From Candidatus Profftella armatura (GTDB taxonomy: Bacteria > Pseudomonadota > Gammaproteobacteria > Burkholderiales > Burkholderiaceae), in contig NC_021885.1 in assembly GCF_000441555.1 (NCBI RefSeq), forward strand, positions 270,001 to 302,000: a stretch of DNA of 32,000 bases, given 5' to 3'. This document shows positions 12,239-22,659 of this stretch, piece by piece; position 1 is the first letter of the stretch, and every line of letters starts with the position of its first letter. The notes below the pieces were generated by a model. The model was not told the DNA's origin, did no database searches, and was given only the letters and a program-made list of their open reading frames with translations. A program made the translations under genes and the position numbers.

Positions 12239-13360
12239 TTAAAAAAAATTTTTAACTTTGTTTTTCCAAATTTTAGTTCTAGGATTATGTTTAAAATCAC
12301 CCTCAAGAATAGAGGTTTCTAATGAACGCAAAAGCTTCTTTTGATATTCTGTTAATTGTACAGGAGTTTCTATAGTAACATGACAAAATAAATCTCCTGG
12401 AATTGAAGATCGTATATTTTTTATCCCCTTTCCACGTAAACGAAAAATTTTACCAGATTGTGTACCCTCTGGAATTACAAAAAAAGCCTTTCCATTAAGA
12501 GTAGGAGCCTCAATTTCTCCCCCAAGTGCTGCTGTTGAAAATGAAATTGGCATTTCATAATGAAGATCATCACCATCTCGTTCAAATACTTTATGTGGCT
12601 TAATATGAATTTCAATATAAAGATTTCCATTTGATCCACCATTCAAACCAGGCTCACCGTTTCCGGTAGAACGAATACGCATATTATTTTCTATTCCAGC
12701 TGGGATTTTAACTTCTAATGTTTTATTACGTTTTATTCTACCAATTCCATTACAATCTAAACAAGGATGAGGAATAACTTTTCCTGCACCCTGACATTTC
12801 GAACAAGTTTGTTGGATACTAAAAAATCCTTGCTGCATTCTTACTTGCCCTTGCCCTGAGCATGTAAAACAAGAAATAGGTGAAGTTCCTTTTTTAGCAC
12901 CATTACCATAGCAAGATTTGCATATATCCCATGATGGAACTCTAATGGAAGTATTAAAACCATAAGCGGCTTGCTCTAAGGTAATTTCAAGATTATAACG
13001 TAAATCTTTTCCGTTTGAACCCTTGTTATTGTTATCACGGTCACGATTAGAGCCAAAAATATCTCCAAAAATATCTCCAAATGCATCAGCAAAATTACTT
13101 GCCTCTGCAGAAGCGCTGCTCCCGCTCATGTTTGGATCAATACCTGCGTGTCCATATTGATCATAAATGATACGTTTCTCAGAATCCGATAATACTTCAT
13201 ATGCCTCTTTAATTTCTTTAAATTTTTCTTCAGCATTTTTATTATTAGGATTTCTATCTGGATGATATTTCATAGCTAATTTTCTATAAGCTCTTTTAAT
13301 TTCATTCTCAGAAGCATTTTTTTTTAAATTTAATATTTTATAAAAATCACGTTTCGCCAT
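12239..13360 (-). CDS. dnaJ: Chaperone DnaJ (Hsp40)
   Basis: J-domain ([34 protein letters not shown]), a G/F-rich linker and four CxxCxGxG zinc-finger repeats. I place the start at ATG 13360 (MAKRDFY). The track's 13378 start is a TTG adding six non-conserved residues. Confidence 0.95.
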   Translation of the reverse strand: MAKRDFYKILNLKKNASENEIKRAYRKLAMKYHPDRNPNNKNAEEKFKEIKEAYEVLSDSEKRIIYDQYGHAGIDPNMSGSSASAEASNFADAFGDIFGDIFGSNRDRDNNNKGSNGKDLRYNLEITLEQAAYGFNTSIRVPSWDICKSCYGNGAKKGTSPISCFTCSGQGQVRMQQGFFSIQQTCSKCQGAGKVIPHPCLDCNGIGRIKRNKTLEVKIPAGIENNMRIRSTGNGEPGLNGGSNGNLYIEIHIKPHKVFERDGDDLHYEMPISFSTAALGGEIEAPTLNGKAFFVIPEGTQSGKIFRLRGKGIKNIRSSIPGDLFCHVTIETPVQLTEYQKKLLRSLETSILEGDFKHNPRTKIWKNKVKNFF

Positions 13361-13409
13361 ATTTTTCACAAATCCCAATAATTATTTTAAATTAAAAATA
13401 TATTTATTT

Positions 13410-13445
13410 AATTACCAAAATGACAAAACAGTCATTTTGGTAATT
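13410..13445 (-). promoter_or_regulatory. Perfect 15-bp stem / 6-nt loop hairpin in the dnaK-dnaJ spacer
   Basis: aattaccaaaatgac (13410-13424), aaaaca, gtcattttggtaatt (13431-13445) are exact reverse complements. The hairpin sits about 50 nt after the dnaK stop and about 50 nt before the dnaJ ATG. It is a candidate attenuator or mRNA-stability element. Confidence 0.45.
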
Positions 13446-13493
13446 TTATATAAAATAAATAAAAGAATATAAAATATTATTTTACATAAAATA

Positions 13494-15413
13494 CTATTTT
13501 ACTTCTTTAAAGTCAGCGTCAACAACATTATCATTTTTTGTATTATTTTTATTACTATTACAATCATTATTGGATGTTGTAGTATTTTTCTGTGTATCTG
13601 TATATTTTTTTTCATTTAATTTTTGAGAGACAGATAATAATGCGGTAGATTTAGAATCAATAACAGATTTGTCATTATTTTTTAAAGCTTTTTCAAGTTC
13701 ATCAATAGCTATTTTAATTTTTTCTTTCTCTGATTCATTTAACTTATTATCATATTCACTTAAAGATTTTTTTGTTGAATGAATAAGTGATTCTCCATGA
13801 TTTCGAGATTCAGCTAATTCTCTTAAGCGCTTATCTTCTTCCGCATTAGCTTCGGCACTTTGTACCATTTTTTTTATTTCTTCTTCAGTTAAACCAGAAT
13901 TAGCTTTAATTGTAATTTTATTTTCTTTACCAGTCTTTTTATCTTTAGCAGTAACATGCAAAATACCATTTGCATCTATATCAAAAGTTACTTCAATTTG
14001 CGGTATACCACGTAATGCTGGTGGGATACCTTCTAAATTAAACTCTCCTAAAATTTTATTTCCAGAGACCATTTCTCTTTCGCCTTGATATACTTTTACT
14101 GTTACAGCTGGCTGATTATCTTCAGCGGTAGAAAAAACCTGACTAAATTTTGTTGGAATAGTGGTATTTTTCTTGATCATTTTAGTCATTATACCACCCA
14201 TAGTTTCAATACCCAAAGACAAAGGAGTTACATCCAATAATAATAAATCTTTTCGATCTCCAGATAACACTGATCCTTGAATTGCGGCACCAACAGCTAC
14301 AGCTTCATCTGGATTTATGTCACGACGAGGATCTTTTCCAAAAAATTCTTTTACTTTTTCTTGTACTTTAGGCATTCGAGTCATGCCACCAACTAAAATA
14401 ATATCATTAATGTCTGATACCTTAATTCCAGCATCTTTAATTGCAATACGACATGGTTCAATAGTTCGTGTAATTAATTCATCAACAAGTAATTCTAATT
14501 TAGCGCGAGTAATCTTTAAATTTAAATGAACTGGAGCACCATTAGACATAGCAATATAAGGTTCATTAATTTCAGTTTGTTTTGATGAAGATAATTCGAT
14601 TTTAGCGCGTTCTGCTGAAGCTTTTATTCTTTGTAATGCAATAGAATCTTTTCGTAAATCTATTCCGTTAATTTTATTAAATTCATCTAAAATATAATCT
14701 ATAATACGCTGATCAAAATCCTCACCCCCTAAAAAAGTATCACCATTTGTTGATAATACCTCAAATTGTTTTTCACCATCTACATCAGCTATTTCAATAA
14801 TAGATACATCAAAGGTTCCACCACCTAAATCATATACAACAATATTACGATCACTTTTCCCTGATTTATCAAGACCAAACGCAAGTGCCGCAGCAGTAGG
14901 TTCGTTTATAATTCTTTTTACTTCTAATCCAGCAATACGACCAGCATCTTTAGTTGCTTGACGCTGAGCATCATTAAAATACGCCGGGACAGTAATAACA
15001 GCCTCAGTTATTTCTCCTCCTAAATAATCTTCAGCGGTTTTTTTCATTTTACGTAATACCTCAGCTGAAATTTGCGGAGGAGCTAATTTTTTCCCTCGAA
15101 CAGAAATCCATGCATCACCATTATCTGCTTTTACAATTTTATATGGCATTAAAGAAATATCTTTTTGAACTTCTTTTTCATCAAATTTACGACCAATTAA
15201 TCGTTTTGCAGCATAAATTGTATTTTTTGGATTAGTAACTGCTTGACGTTTAGCTGGGGCCCCAACTAGTATTTCACCGTTTTCTTGATAAGCAATAACA
15301 GAAGGTGTGGTACGAGCACCTTCAGAATTTTCAATTACTTTAGGTTGACTACCTTCTATTATTGATACACATGAATTAGTTGTGCCTAAATCAATACCAA
15401 TAATTTTACTCAT
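13494..15413 (-). CDS. dnaK: Chaperone DnaK (Hsp70)
   Basis: 639-aa [25 protein letters not shown] and the other Hsp70 signatures are conserved along the full length. An AAGGAAG Shine-Dalgarno lies upstream. Confidence 0.98.
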   Translation of the reverse strand: MSKIIGIDLGTTNSCVSIIEGSQPKVIENSEGARTTPSVIAYQENGEILVGAPAKRQAVTNPKNTIYAAKRLIGRKFDEKEVQKDISLMPYKIVKADNGDAWISVRGKKLAPPQISAEVLRKMKKTAEDYLGGEITEAVITVPAYFNDAQRQATKDAGRIAGLEVKRIINEPTAAALAFGLDKSGKSDRNIVVYDLGGGTFDVSIIEIADVDGEKQFEVLSTNGDTFLGGEDFDQRIIDYILDEFNKINGIDLRKDSIALQRIKASAERAKIELSSSKQTEINEPYIAMSNGAPVHLNLKITRAKLELLVDELITRTIEPCRIAIKDAGIKVSDINDIILVGGMTRMPKVQEKVKEFFGKDPRRDINPDEAVAVGAAIQGSVLSGDRKDLLLLDVTPLSLGIETMGGIMTKMIKKNTTIPTKFSQVFSTAEDNQPAVTVKVYQGEREMVSGNKILGEFNLEGIPPALRGIPQIEVTFDIDANGILHVTAKDKKTGKENKITIKANSGLTEEEIKKMVQSAEANAEEDKRLRELAESRNHGESLIHSTKKSLSEYDNKLNESEKEKIKIAIDELEKALKNNDKSVIDSKSTALLSVSQKLNEKKYTDTQKNTTTSNNDCNSNKNNTKNDNVVDADFKEVK

Positions 15414-15446
15414 AATTCTTCCTTTTAATATTTAATTTAAAATTAT

Positions 15447-16130
15447 TTATTGCGCAACAGTAACAAGAGCTGGACGTAATAATCTTTCAGAAATTAAATA
15501 TCCTTTTTGTAAAACTTCTACAATAGTATTTGGTTCTTGTTCTGCTGAAATTGTTGATACTGCTTGATGCTTCATTGGATCAAGTTTATCTCCAATTATA
15601 GGATTAATTTCTAATAAATTATTTTTTTTAAATACAGAAGATAATTGTTTTAATGTTATTTCCACACCTTTTTTTAGAGACTCAATAGATGGAGTTTCAA
15701 CATTTAATGCCATTTCTAAACTATCTTTTACTGACAACAACTCTTTTGCAAAATTTTCAATAGAAAATTTATACGCGCGTGCAAGATCCTCTTGAGATCT
15801 TCGTCTAATATTTTCAGATTCAGCTTTAGCTCGAAGATAAGCGTCTTGCATATAAGAGGCCTTTATTTCTGCGGTATTTAATTTTTTTTTAAGCTCATTT
15901 TCGACTGTTTTATCTTCTTCTTTACTTTCGACTGTTTTATCTTCTTCTTTACTTTCGACTGTTTTATCTTCTTCTTTACTTTCGACTGTTTTATCTTCTT
16001 CTTTACTTTCGACTGTTTTATCTTCTTCTTTACTTTCGACTGTTTTATTTAAAAATTCTTTTTTTTTAAAACTAGAATTTTTTATTTTTTCAAAAGTATT
16101 TATTTTTTCTTTTTTTTCATTATTTTTCAT
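15447..16130 (-). CDS. grpE: Nucleotide exchange factor GrpE, with a repeat-expanded N-terminus
   Basis: 227-aa ORF. The C-terminal two-thirds (AYLRAKAESENIRRRSQEDLARAYKF...HQAVS...VVEVLQKGYLISERLLRPALVTV) is typical GrpE. It ends 33 bp upstream of dnaK, implying a grpE-dnaK-dnaJ operon. Confidence 0.93.
   Translation of the reverse strand: MKNNEKKEKINTFEKIKNSSFKKKEFLNKTVESKEEDKTVESKEEDKTVESKEEDKTVESKEEDKTVESKEEDKTVENELKKKLNTAEIKASYMQDAYLRAKAESENIRRRSQEDLARAYKFSIENFAKELLSVKDSLEMALNVETPSIESLKKGVEITLKQLSSVFKKNNLLEINPIIGDKLDPMKHQAVSTISAEQEPNTIVEVLQKGYLISERLLRPALVTVAQ
15901..16048 (-). repeat. Perfect 27-bp tandem repeat, 5 full copies plus 13 nt, in frame within grpE
   Basis: The unit tcgactgttttatcttcttctttactt starts at 15901, 15928, 15955, 15982 and 16009, with a partial copy from 16036. 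I saw no mismatch. On the coding strand it encodes (KTVESKEED)x5 followed by KTVE. Confidence 0.97.
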
Positions 16131-16168
16131 TTAAAATCCTAACTAAATCAATAAATACTAAACTCTAG

Positions 16169-16198
16169 TATTGAGGTGGTTATAACTTATTTCAAGGG
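16169..16198 (-). promoter_or_regulatory. Sigma32 (RpoH)-type heat-shock promoter upstream of grpE-dnaK-dnaJ
   Basis: The reverse strand reads TAGCCCTTGAAATAAGTTATAACCACCTCAATAC. CCCTTGAA (16198-16191) matches the sigma32 -35 consensus exactly. After 14 nt, CCTCAATA (16176-16169) resembles the -10 consensus CCCCATNT. These are GC-rich islands in an otherwise almost pure A/T spacer, about 40 nt upstream of the grpE ATG. Confidence 0.55.
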
Positions 16199-16309
16199 CT
16201 ATAAAATTAAAATTTTAAATATTTATAAATTATTATTTTTTTTAAAAATTTTATAAAATAATATACTATTCTTATAACATTCTTTATAATATAAAATTTT
16301 AATAAAACA

Positions 16310-17218
16310 ATGAAAATAAATTGGATTACGCGTTTAAAAGAAAGTTTATCTAAAACTGCTTGTAACTTAAAATCTTTGATTGTGAATAAAAAAATTGATA
16401 AAAATTTATATAATGAACTTGAATCAGATTTATTAAAAGCAGATGTTGGATTTGAAACTACACAATTTTTGTTAAGTGAATTAAAAAAAATTATATACTC
16501 AAAAAAATTATTTAACACAGAACAAGTTAGAAATGTTTTACATAATTTATTAGTAAACTTATTGAAATCATTAGAAAAACCATTAATTTTTAAAAAATGT
16601 AAACCATTTGTAATAATGATAGTTGGAGTAAATGGAGTAGGTAAAACTACTACAATTGGTAAATTAGCGAATTATTTTAAAAAACGTAAAAAATCGGTAT
16701 TATTAGCCGCTTGTGATACTTTTCGCGCAGCTGCATATGAACAATTATTAATTTTAGGAAAATATAATGATGTTCCTGTGATATCCGAAAAAAAAATTAC
16801 TGATCCTGCCGCAATAGCTTTTAATGCGATAAATATAGCACAAAAAAAAAATACTGATATCGTAATAGTAGATACATCTGGTAGATTATCAACTCAATCT
16901 CATTTAATGAGGGAATTAAAAAAAATTAAAAAAGTAATTGAAAAAAAAATATTTGAATTACCATATGAAATTTTTTTAATAATTGATGGAAATACAGGTC
17001 AAAACACATTATCTCAAATAAAAGAATTTTCTAAAATTTTACGTATTACTGGTTTAATAATTACAAAATTAGATGGTACTACAAAAGGGGGTATATTAGC
17101 TGCGATTGCAAAAAAATATTCTATACCTTTATATTTTATAGGTATTGGAGAAAAAATTGAAGACTTACAAATATTTAATGCAGTAGATTTTGTAAATGCC
17201 TTATTAAATCAAAATTAA
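16310..17218 (+). CDS. ftsY: Signal recognition particle receptor FtsY (NG domains only, no acidic A domain)
   Basis: 302-aa ORF with SRP-GTPase motifs GVNGVGKTTTIGKLA, DTSGRL, TKLDGTTKGG and IGIGEKIEDL. The short N-terminus and length fit FtsY rather than Ffh, since there is no M domain. Confidence 0.9.
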   Translation: MKINWITRLKESLSKTACNLKSLIVNKKIDKNLYNELESDLLKADVGFETTQFLLSELKKIIYSKKLFNTEQVRNVLHNLLVNLLKSLEKPLIFKKCKPFVIMIVGVNGVGKTTTIGKLANYFKKRKKSVLLAACDTFRAAAYEQLLILGKYNDVPVISEKKITDPAAIAFNAINIAQKKNTDIVIVDTSGRLSTQSHLMRELKKIKKVIEKKIFELPYEIFLIIDGNTGQNTLSQIKEFSKILRITGLIITKLDGTTKGGILAAIAKKYSIPLYFIGIGEKIEDLQIFNAVDFVNALLNQN

Positions 17219-17240
17219 TGAAATAAAAATTTATATTATA

Positions 17241-18266
17241 TTAACTTGATAAAATTATTATTAATTTAAATAATGAAACCCATGGGTCTCTATAATAAGA
17301 TTTAATATGCATTCCTTTAAGTTCTTTATCAATTTGAACTATTTCATAAAATGCATATTTTAAAATATCTAAAGACAATCTTTTTAATGCTATTTCTATT
17401 AAAGATTGATATTTTATATAAATATGATATTTTTCAAATAAATTTTTTAAAGATTTGCCATTATTAATCGCAGTTTTAAATTTAAGTAAAATACAAATTT
17501 CTTGTGTAATAACCCATAATATTAATGGAAAAGTTTCATTTTCATTTTTTAAGTCCTGAAGAATTAATATTAAACGAATTAAATCTCCGTTTAATATATT
17601 TTCTTTAATACTAAATATATTATATTTTGCAGCTTTTGATATGGAATTTTTTACTTGTTGAAATGTAAGAGTTCCTGGTCCATATAAAAAAAATAATTTT
17701 ATTATTTCTTGATTTGCTGCTAATAAATTACCCTCAACTTGTTCAGTAATAAAATTTAATGTTTTTTTATCAATATTTTGTTGTTGAGAAATTAATCTAG
17801 AATTAATCCATTTTGGTAAATCAATTATTTTAATAGAAGGTATTTCTATAAATGTAAAATTATTTTTTAATAATTGTATCCAGGTTTTTTTTTGTGATAA
17901 TAAATCCAATTTCGGTAAATTTATAATTGTTATATTATTTTTATTTAAATTATTAATATATTTTTCTAATATACATTCTCCTGTTTTACTAATTTGTTTT
18001 ATGTTGGATATACGCAATTCAATTATCTTTTTATTATAAAATAATGATAATTCTTGATTTATTTTTAATAATTCATCCCACTTAAATAAGTAATCAATTG
18101 TTAAAATATTTCTTTCATGAAATCCATAATGTTTAACATGTTTTCGAATTTTATCAGAAGCTTCTTGTAAAAAAAGATATTCATTACTTGATATAGTATA
18201 TATTGGTGATAAATTTTTAGAATTTATAAGATATTTATCTAATAATTCTATATTTCTTAGAAACAT
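17241..18266 (-). CDS. holA: DNA polymerase III delta subunit
   Basis: 341-aa ORF immediately downstream of leuS, the conserved proteobacterial neighbourhood. The N-terminal pattern (PIYTISSNEYLFLQEASDKIRK) and length fit HolA. Sequence is divergent, so the call rests partly on synteny. Confidence 0.72.
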   Translation of the reverse strand: MFLRNIELLDKYLINSKNLSPIYTISSNEYLFLQEASDKIRKHVKHYGFHERNILTIDYLFKWDELLKINQELSLFYNKKIIELRISNIKQISKTGECILEKYINNLNKNNITIINLPKLDLLSQKKTWIQLLKNNFTFIEIPSIKIIDLPKWINSRLISQQQNIDKKTLNFITEQVEGNLLAANQEIIKLFFLYGPGTLTFQQVKNSISKAAKYNIFSIKENILNGDLIRLILILQDLKNENETFPLILWVITQEICILLKFKTAINNGKSLKNLFEKYHIYIKYQSLIEIALKRLSLDILKYAFYEIVQIDKELKGMHIKSYYRDPWVSLFKLIIILSS

Positions 18267-18295
18267 TTAGGTATCCTATTTATCGAAATAAAATA

Positions 18296-20977
18296 TTAAA
18301 TAATAATGTTAACTAATTTATTTGGAATTATAAAAAATTTTTTTGGTGGATGTATAATATATTTTTGAATAACTTTATTTTTTAATACAATTTTTTTAAT
18401 AAAATCAGTGGTACATTTTTTTTTTACAAAAATATGTCCTCGAAATTTACCATTAATTTGAATAATTAATTTAACTTCTTCTTTTTCTTCTTCTAATGCA
18501 AGAGAATCAATTTTAGGCCAACATGCATTTAAAATATCACCTTGTTGTATTGAATATTTAAGTTCCTTCCATAAAATATGGGTAATATGCGGGGCAATTG
18601 GATTTAGTACACGTAAAAATATCGACATACCTTCATATAATAAAATGTCGTTATTAGTGTTTTTATTATTATCAAATTTAGTTTCAGAATTTATACGCTC
18701 TAAAATATTAAATATTTTCATACATCCTGATACAACAGTGTTATATTGAATACGTTTTATATCCCTATTAATTTGTTGTAAGATTTTATGAATTTTTCTG
18801 CGAAATACTTTTTGATTATTATTAAATTTAATTACTGAAAAATCATTATGAAAAATATTAAGATTAATAATATTTATTATTCTTGGAGCTAAAATATATG
18901 AAAAATTCCATACTCGATTCAAAAAACGATAAGCGCCTTCAATTCCAATATCAGACCATTCTAAATTTTTTTCCGGAGGAGCGCTAAATATTATAAATAA
19001 ACGAGTAGAGTCTGCTCCATAAGTATTTATTTGAGTTTGTGGATCAATACCATTATTCTTCGATTTAGACATTTTTTCTATACCACCAATAATTACGGGT
19101 TTTTTATCTAATTTTAAAATCGCATGTATTGGTTTATTTTTTTTATCTAATGTGATCTTAACATCATCTGGATTATACCATCTTTTTTTGTTAGATGAAT
19201 TTTCTATTCTATAATAGGTTTTATTTAAAATCATCCCTTGTGTTAATAATCTAATGAATGGTTCATTAAATTTAATTAATCCCAAATTATACATTAATTT
19301 AGTCCAAAACCGAGCATATAATAAATGTAATATAGCATGCTCAATTCCTCCAATATATTGATCTACTGGCATCCAATAATTTATTTTATTATCATCAATC
19401 ATAAAATTTTCTAATTTTGGAGATATATATCTCATATAATACCACGAAGAATCAACAAAAGTATCCATAGTGTCAGTTTCACGAAATGCTAATTTATTAC
19501 ACTTTGGACAAGATACATGTAAAAATTTTTTATTTTCTTTAAGTAAATTATTCGGGACACATGTTTCTGGTAAAATTACTGGTAAATCTTTTTCTGGAAC
19601 CGGAACTGATCCGCAACTATCACAATAAATTATTGGAATTGGTGTCCCCCAATAACGTTGTCTAGATATAGCCCAATCACGCAAACGAAATATATTTTTT
19701 TTATTTCCTAAACCAAGTTTAATTAAATCAGTACTAATTGCATTAGTGGCTTCCTTATGGGACATATTATTATATTTGCACGAATTAATACAGTAACAAT
19801 TTTCTTTATCAATATACCAATCTTTCCAAATTTTATCTGAGTAACTTTTATTTTTAACATTTATAACTTGTTTAATTAATAAAGAATGTTTTTTTGCAAA
19901 ATAAAAATCATGTTTATTATGCGCAGGCACACCTATAGCTGCTCTTCCATAAGATTTTTCTATTACATAATTAACAACAAAAACTTTAATTTCTTGATTA
20001 GTCAAAGGATGTAATACTTTTAATTGGGTTAATATACTCTTTTTTAATAAATTATTAGATTCAATATTATTGTTTTTTTTATATTCTAAAATAAATTTTT
20101 GTAATAATAAATTATTACGCGCGGCAAATATAGCTAAAGGATGTTCCGGAGAAATTACACAAAAAGTAATTCCATAAATTATATCAATACGAGTAGTAAA
20201 AATCCATAATTTTCCATTTTGTATTAATTTATTATTTTTATTAGGATCTTTTATATTATGCGGAAAAGCTAAAAAAATACCTTTTGATTTACCGATCCAA
20301 TTAACTTGCATTAAACGAACTTTTTTAGGCCAATAAGGTAATTTTTTTTTAACATACTCAAGTAATTCTTCTGCATAATTAGTAATTTTTGCATAATACA
20401 TTGGTATTTTTTTTTTTTCTATAATTGCATCCGATCTCCATCCTCTTCCATTAATAACTTGTTCATTAGCTAAAACAGTTTTTTCTATTGGATCCCAATT
20501 TACTATACCAGTTTTTTTATAAATGATACCTCTTTTAAACATTTTTAAAAATATCCATTGATTCCATTTATAATATTTTGGTGAACAAGTAATTATTTCG
20601 CGAGACCAATCAATCGCTAATCCAAGAGAAGAAAGTTGTTTTTTCATATAAGAGACATTGTCATATGTCCATTTAGCTGGAGAAGTATTATTTAAAATTG
20701 CAGCATTTTCTGCTGGCATCCCGAATGCATCCCATCCCATTGGCATTAATACATTATAACCATTCATTCTCATATAACGATACATTACATCATTTATAGT
20801 GTAATTACGAACATGCCCCATATGTAATTTCCCGGATGGATATGGTAGCATTGAACATGTGTAAAATTTTCCATTAGGAAATCTTGTATCATTTTCAGTG
20901 GTTTGATAAGCATTAATTTTATTCCAATAACATTGAGTTATTTTTTCTATTTCAACAAAATTATATTTTTTTTGCAT
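18296..20977 (-). CDS. leuS: Leucyl-tRNA synthetase
   Basis: 893-aa class I aaRS with HIGH (PYPSGKLHMGHVRNY), KMSKS (IEKMSKSKNNGIDP) and a CP1 editing-domain block (TTRIDIIYGITFCVISPEHPL). Confidence 0.97.
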   Translation of the reverse strand: MQKKYNFVEIEKITQCYWNKINAYQTTENDTRFPNGKFYTCSMLPYPSGKLHMGHVRNYTINDVMYRYMRMNGYNVLMPMGWDAFGMPAENAAILNNTSPAKWTYDNVSYMKKQLSSLGLAIDWSREIITCSPKYYKWNQWIFLKMFKRGIIYKKTGIVNWDPIEKTVLANEQVINGRGWRSDAIIEKKKIPMYYAKITNYAEELLEYVKKKLPYWPKKVRLMQVNWIGKSKGIFLAFPHNIKDPNKNNKLIQNGKLWIFTTRIDIIYGITFCVISPEHPLAIFAARNNLLLQKFILEYKKNNNIESNNLLKKSILTQLKVLHPLTNQEIKVFVVNYVIEKSYGRAAIGVPAHNKHDFYFAKKHSLLIKQVINVKNKSYSDKIWKDWYIDKENCYCINSCKYNNMSHKEATNAISTDLIKLGLGNKKNIFRLRDWAISRQRYWGTPIPIIYCDSCGSVPVPEKDLPVILPETCVPNNLLKENKKFLHVSCPKCNKLAFRETDTMDTFVDSSWYYMRYISPKLENFMIDDNKINYWMPVDQYIGGIEHAILHLLYARFWTKLMYNLGLIKFNEPFIRLLTQGMILNKTYYRIENSSNKKRWYNPDDVKITLDKKNKPIHAILKLDKKPVIIGGIEKMSKSKNNGIDPQTQINTYGADSTRLFIIFSAPPEKNLEWSDIGIEGAYRFLNRVWNFSYILAPRIINIINLNIFHNDFSVIKFNNNQKVFRRKIHKILQQINRDIKRIQYNTVVSGCMKIFNILERINSETKFDNNKNTNNDILLYEGMSIFLRVLNPIAPHITHILWKELKYSIQQGDILNACWPKIDSLALEEEKEEVKLIIQINGKFRGHIFVKKKCTTDFIKKIVLKNKVIQKYIIHPPKKFFIIPNKLVNIII

Positions 20978-21054
20978 AGTAATATTTGTGTTTTTAAATT
21001 AAAAATTAGTTTAAAAATTTTTTGAAAAAATTTATAAAATTTAAAAGTTTTAAT

Positions 21055-21936
21055 TTAAAAAAAATGTTTATCTGCCATATACGAACTACGAATCATTGAT
21101 CCAACTAAAACATTTTTAAATCCTAATTTATATGCTATTTTTTTAAATTTTTCAAAAAATTTTGGATGTAAATATCTGTGCACCGGTAAATGTAAGCGAC
21201 TTGGCATCAAATATTGACCGATAGTTAATATATCTATATTGTGATTGCGCATATCATGTATTACCGTTAAAATTTCCTCATCATTTTCACCAAGTCCAAC
21301 CATAATACCAGATTTTGTTAAAATATTTGGGTATAATTTTTTAAAATTTTTTAATAAATTTAATGAATGTTTATAATCCGATCCAGGACGAACTTTTTTA
21401 TAAAGTCGGGGAACTGTTTCTATATTATGGTTTAATACATCCGGTAATGCTTGTTTAAAAATTTTTAACACGTGATTTATTTGATTACGAAAATCTGGTA
21501 TTAATATTTCTATTTTAATTTTTGTAGATAATTTACGTATATGTTTTATACAAGAAACAAAATGAGAAGATCCACCATCATGTAAATCATCACGATTAAC
21601 GCTAGTAATTACCACATAATTTAATTTTAATTTATTAATAGTATAAGCTATTTTTTTAGGTTCCTCAATATCTAAAGGATCCGGTCGACCATGAGAAATA
21701 TTGCAAAATTTACAACGACGAGTACATATACTACCCATAATCATAAATGTTGCCACACCTCTTCCAAAACATTCCCCAATATTTGGACATGATGCTTCTT
21801 CACAAACTGTAACTAAATTATTAGCACGTAAAATATTTTTAGTTTTATTAAAATTATCTATATTTGATATTAATTTTACTCTAATCCAATTTGGTTTTTT
21901 TAATATTTCTATATTTTTATCTTTTGTTAGATTCAT
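21055..21936 (-). CDS. lipA: Lipoyl synthase (radical SAM)
   Basis: 293-aa ORF with both clusters, [12 protein letters not shown] and CTRRCKFC, plus the conserved SGIMVGLGE and RSSY motifs. Confidence 0.96.
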   Translation of the reverse strand: MNLTKDKNIEILKKPNWIRVKLISNIDNFNKTKNILRANNLVTVCEEASCPNIGECFGRGVATFMIMGSICTRRCKFCNISHGRPDPLDIEEPKKIAYTINKLKLNYVVITSVNRDDLHDGGSSHFVSCIKHIRKLSTKIKIEILIPDFRNQINHVLKIFKQALPDVLNHNIETVPRLYKKVRPGSDYKHSLNLLKNFKKLYPNILTKSGIMVGLGENDEEILTVIHDMRNHNIDILTIGQYLMPSRLHLPVHRYLHPKFFEKFKKIAYKLGFKNVLVGSMIRSSYMADKHFF

Positions 21937-21990
21937 TTTATTATAATAAGAAGTATTTTAAAAAGTATTTTTCCTAAAGTATTTATTTAA

Positions 21991-22659
21991 TTATATAAAA
22001 AAATTTTTAATAAATAAATGTTGAACTTTTGAAATTGTCGTATTAATTCCTAATTTTTTCATATCAACAATTACTAATCCGGGATAACCGCAAGGATTTA
22101 TATTGTTAAATGGTTCTAAATCCATTGAAACATTAATAGATACTCCATGATAAACATATCCTTTAGCGGAAATTTTTAATCCTATAGAAGCAATTTTTGC
22201 ACCAGAAAAAGGTCCGTTAGCAATATAAACTCCTGGTGCATTTTTTTTTCTTTTACAATTAATATTATATTGTGACATTGTAAGGATTACAGCTTCTTCA
22301 ATATTTTCTACTAATTTTTTTATATATATTTTTATATTGTCACTATATCTTCTGCGTAAATCAATTAATAAATAAATTATAGCCTGACCTGGACCATGAT
22401 AAGTCACTTCTCCACCTCTATCTGTTCTGATAATTGGAATATTATTTAATTTTTTAGAAATTAGAATATGAGAAAAATTAGATTTTAATCCTAATGTATA
22501 TACCGGAAAATGTTCAACGAACCATAATTGATCTATTGTATAATTTGTTCTATTAGAATTAAATAATAGCATTGCATTAAAACTAACTATATATGGCTCT
22601 AACCCACGTTGAATTATTTGTAAATTAGAATAAGTACTAGAAATAGAAATAGAAAACAT
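21991..22659 (-). CDS. lipB: Octanoyltransferase (lipoyl(octanoyl) transferase)
   Basis: 222-aa ORF upstream of lipA with RGGEVTYHGPGQ and the catalytic NPCG region (INPCGYPG). Confidence 0.92.
   Translation of the reverse strand: MFSISISSTYSNLQIIQRGLEPYIVSFNAMLLFNSNRTNYTIDQLWFVEHFPVYTLGLKSNFSHILISKKLNNIPIIRTDRGGEVTYHGPGQAIIYLLIDLRRRYSDNIKIYIKKLVENIEEAVILTMSQYNINCKRKKNAPGVYIANGPFSGAKIASIGLKISAKGYVYHGVSINVSMDLEPFNNINPCGYPGLVIVDMKKLGINTTISKVQHLFIKNFFI

Noticed and set aside
13361-13378. Six-codon N-terminal extension of dnaJ (track start at 13378)
   Set aside because: That start codon is TTG and the added residues (GFVKN) are not part of the J-domain. The ATG at 13360 gives the canonical MAKRDFY start.
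14317-14529. 70-aa + strand ORF
   Set aside because: It is antisense within dnaK, where conserved codon usage suppresses stops on the opposite strand. Nothing supports a gene.
15901-16048. Could the 27-bp direct repeats be a small CRISPR array?
   Set aside because: The copies are directly contiguous with no spacers. They are in frame within grpE and translate into a coherent peptide repeat. No cas genes or leader are nearby.
16207-16518. 103-aa minus-strand ORF spanning the grpE-ftsY spacer and the ftsY 5' end
   Set aside because: It overlaps the well-supported ftsY start and the divergent promoter region. Its Phe/Ile/Lys-rich translation is what A/T-rich DNA gives by chance.
21701-21946. 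81-aa + strand ORF
   Set aside because: It is antisense to the 5' part of lipA, including the conserved cysteine-cluster region. It is a shadow ORF.
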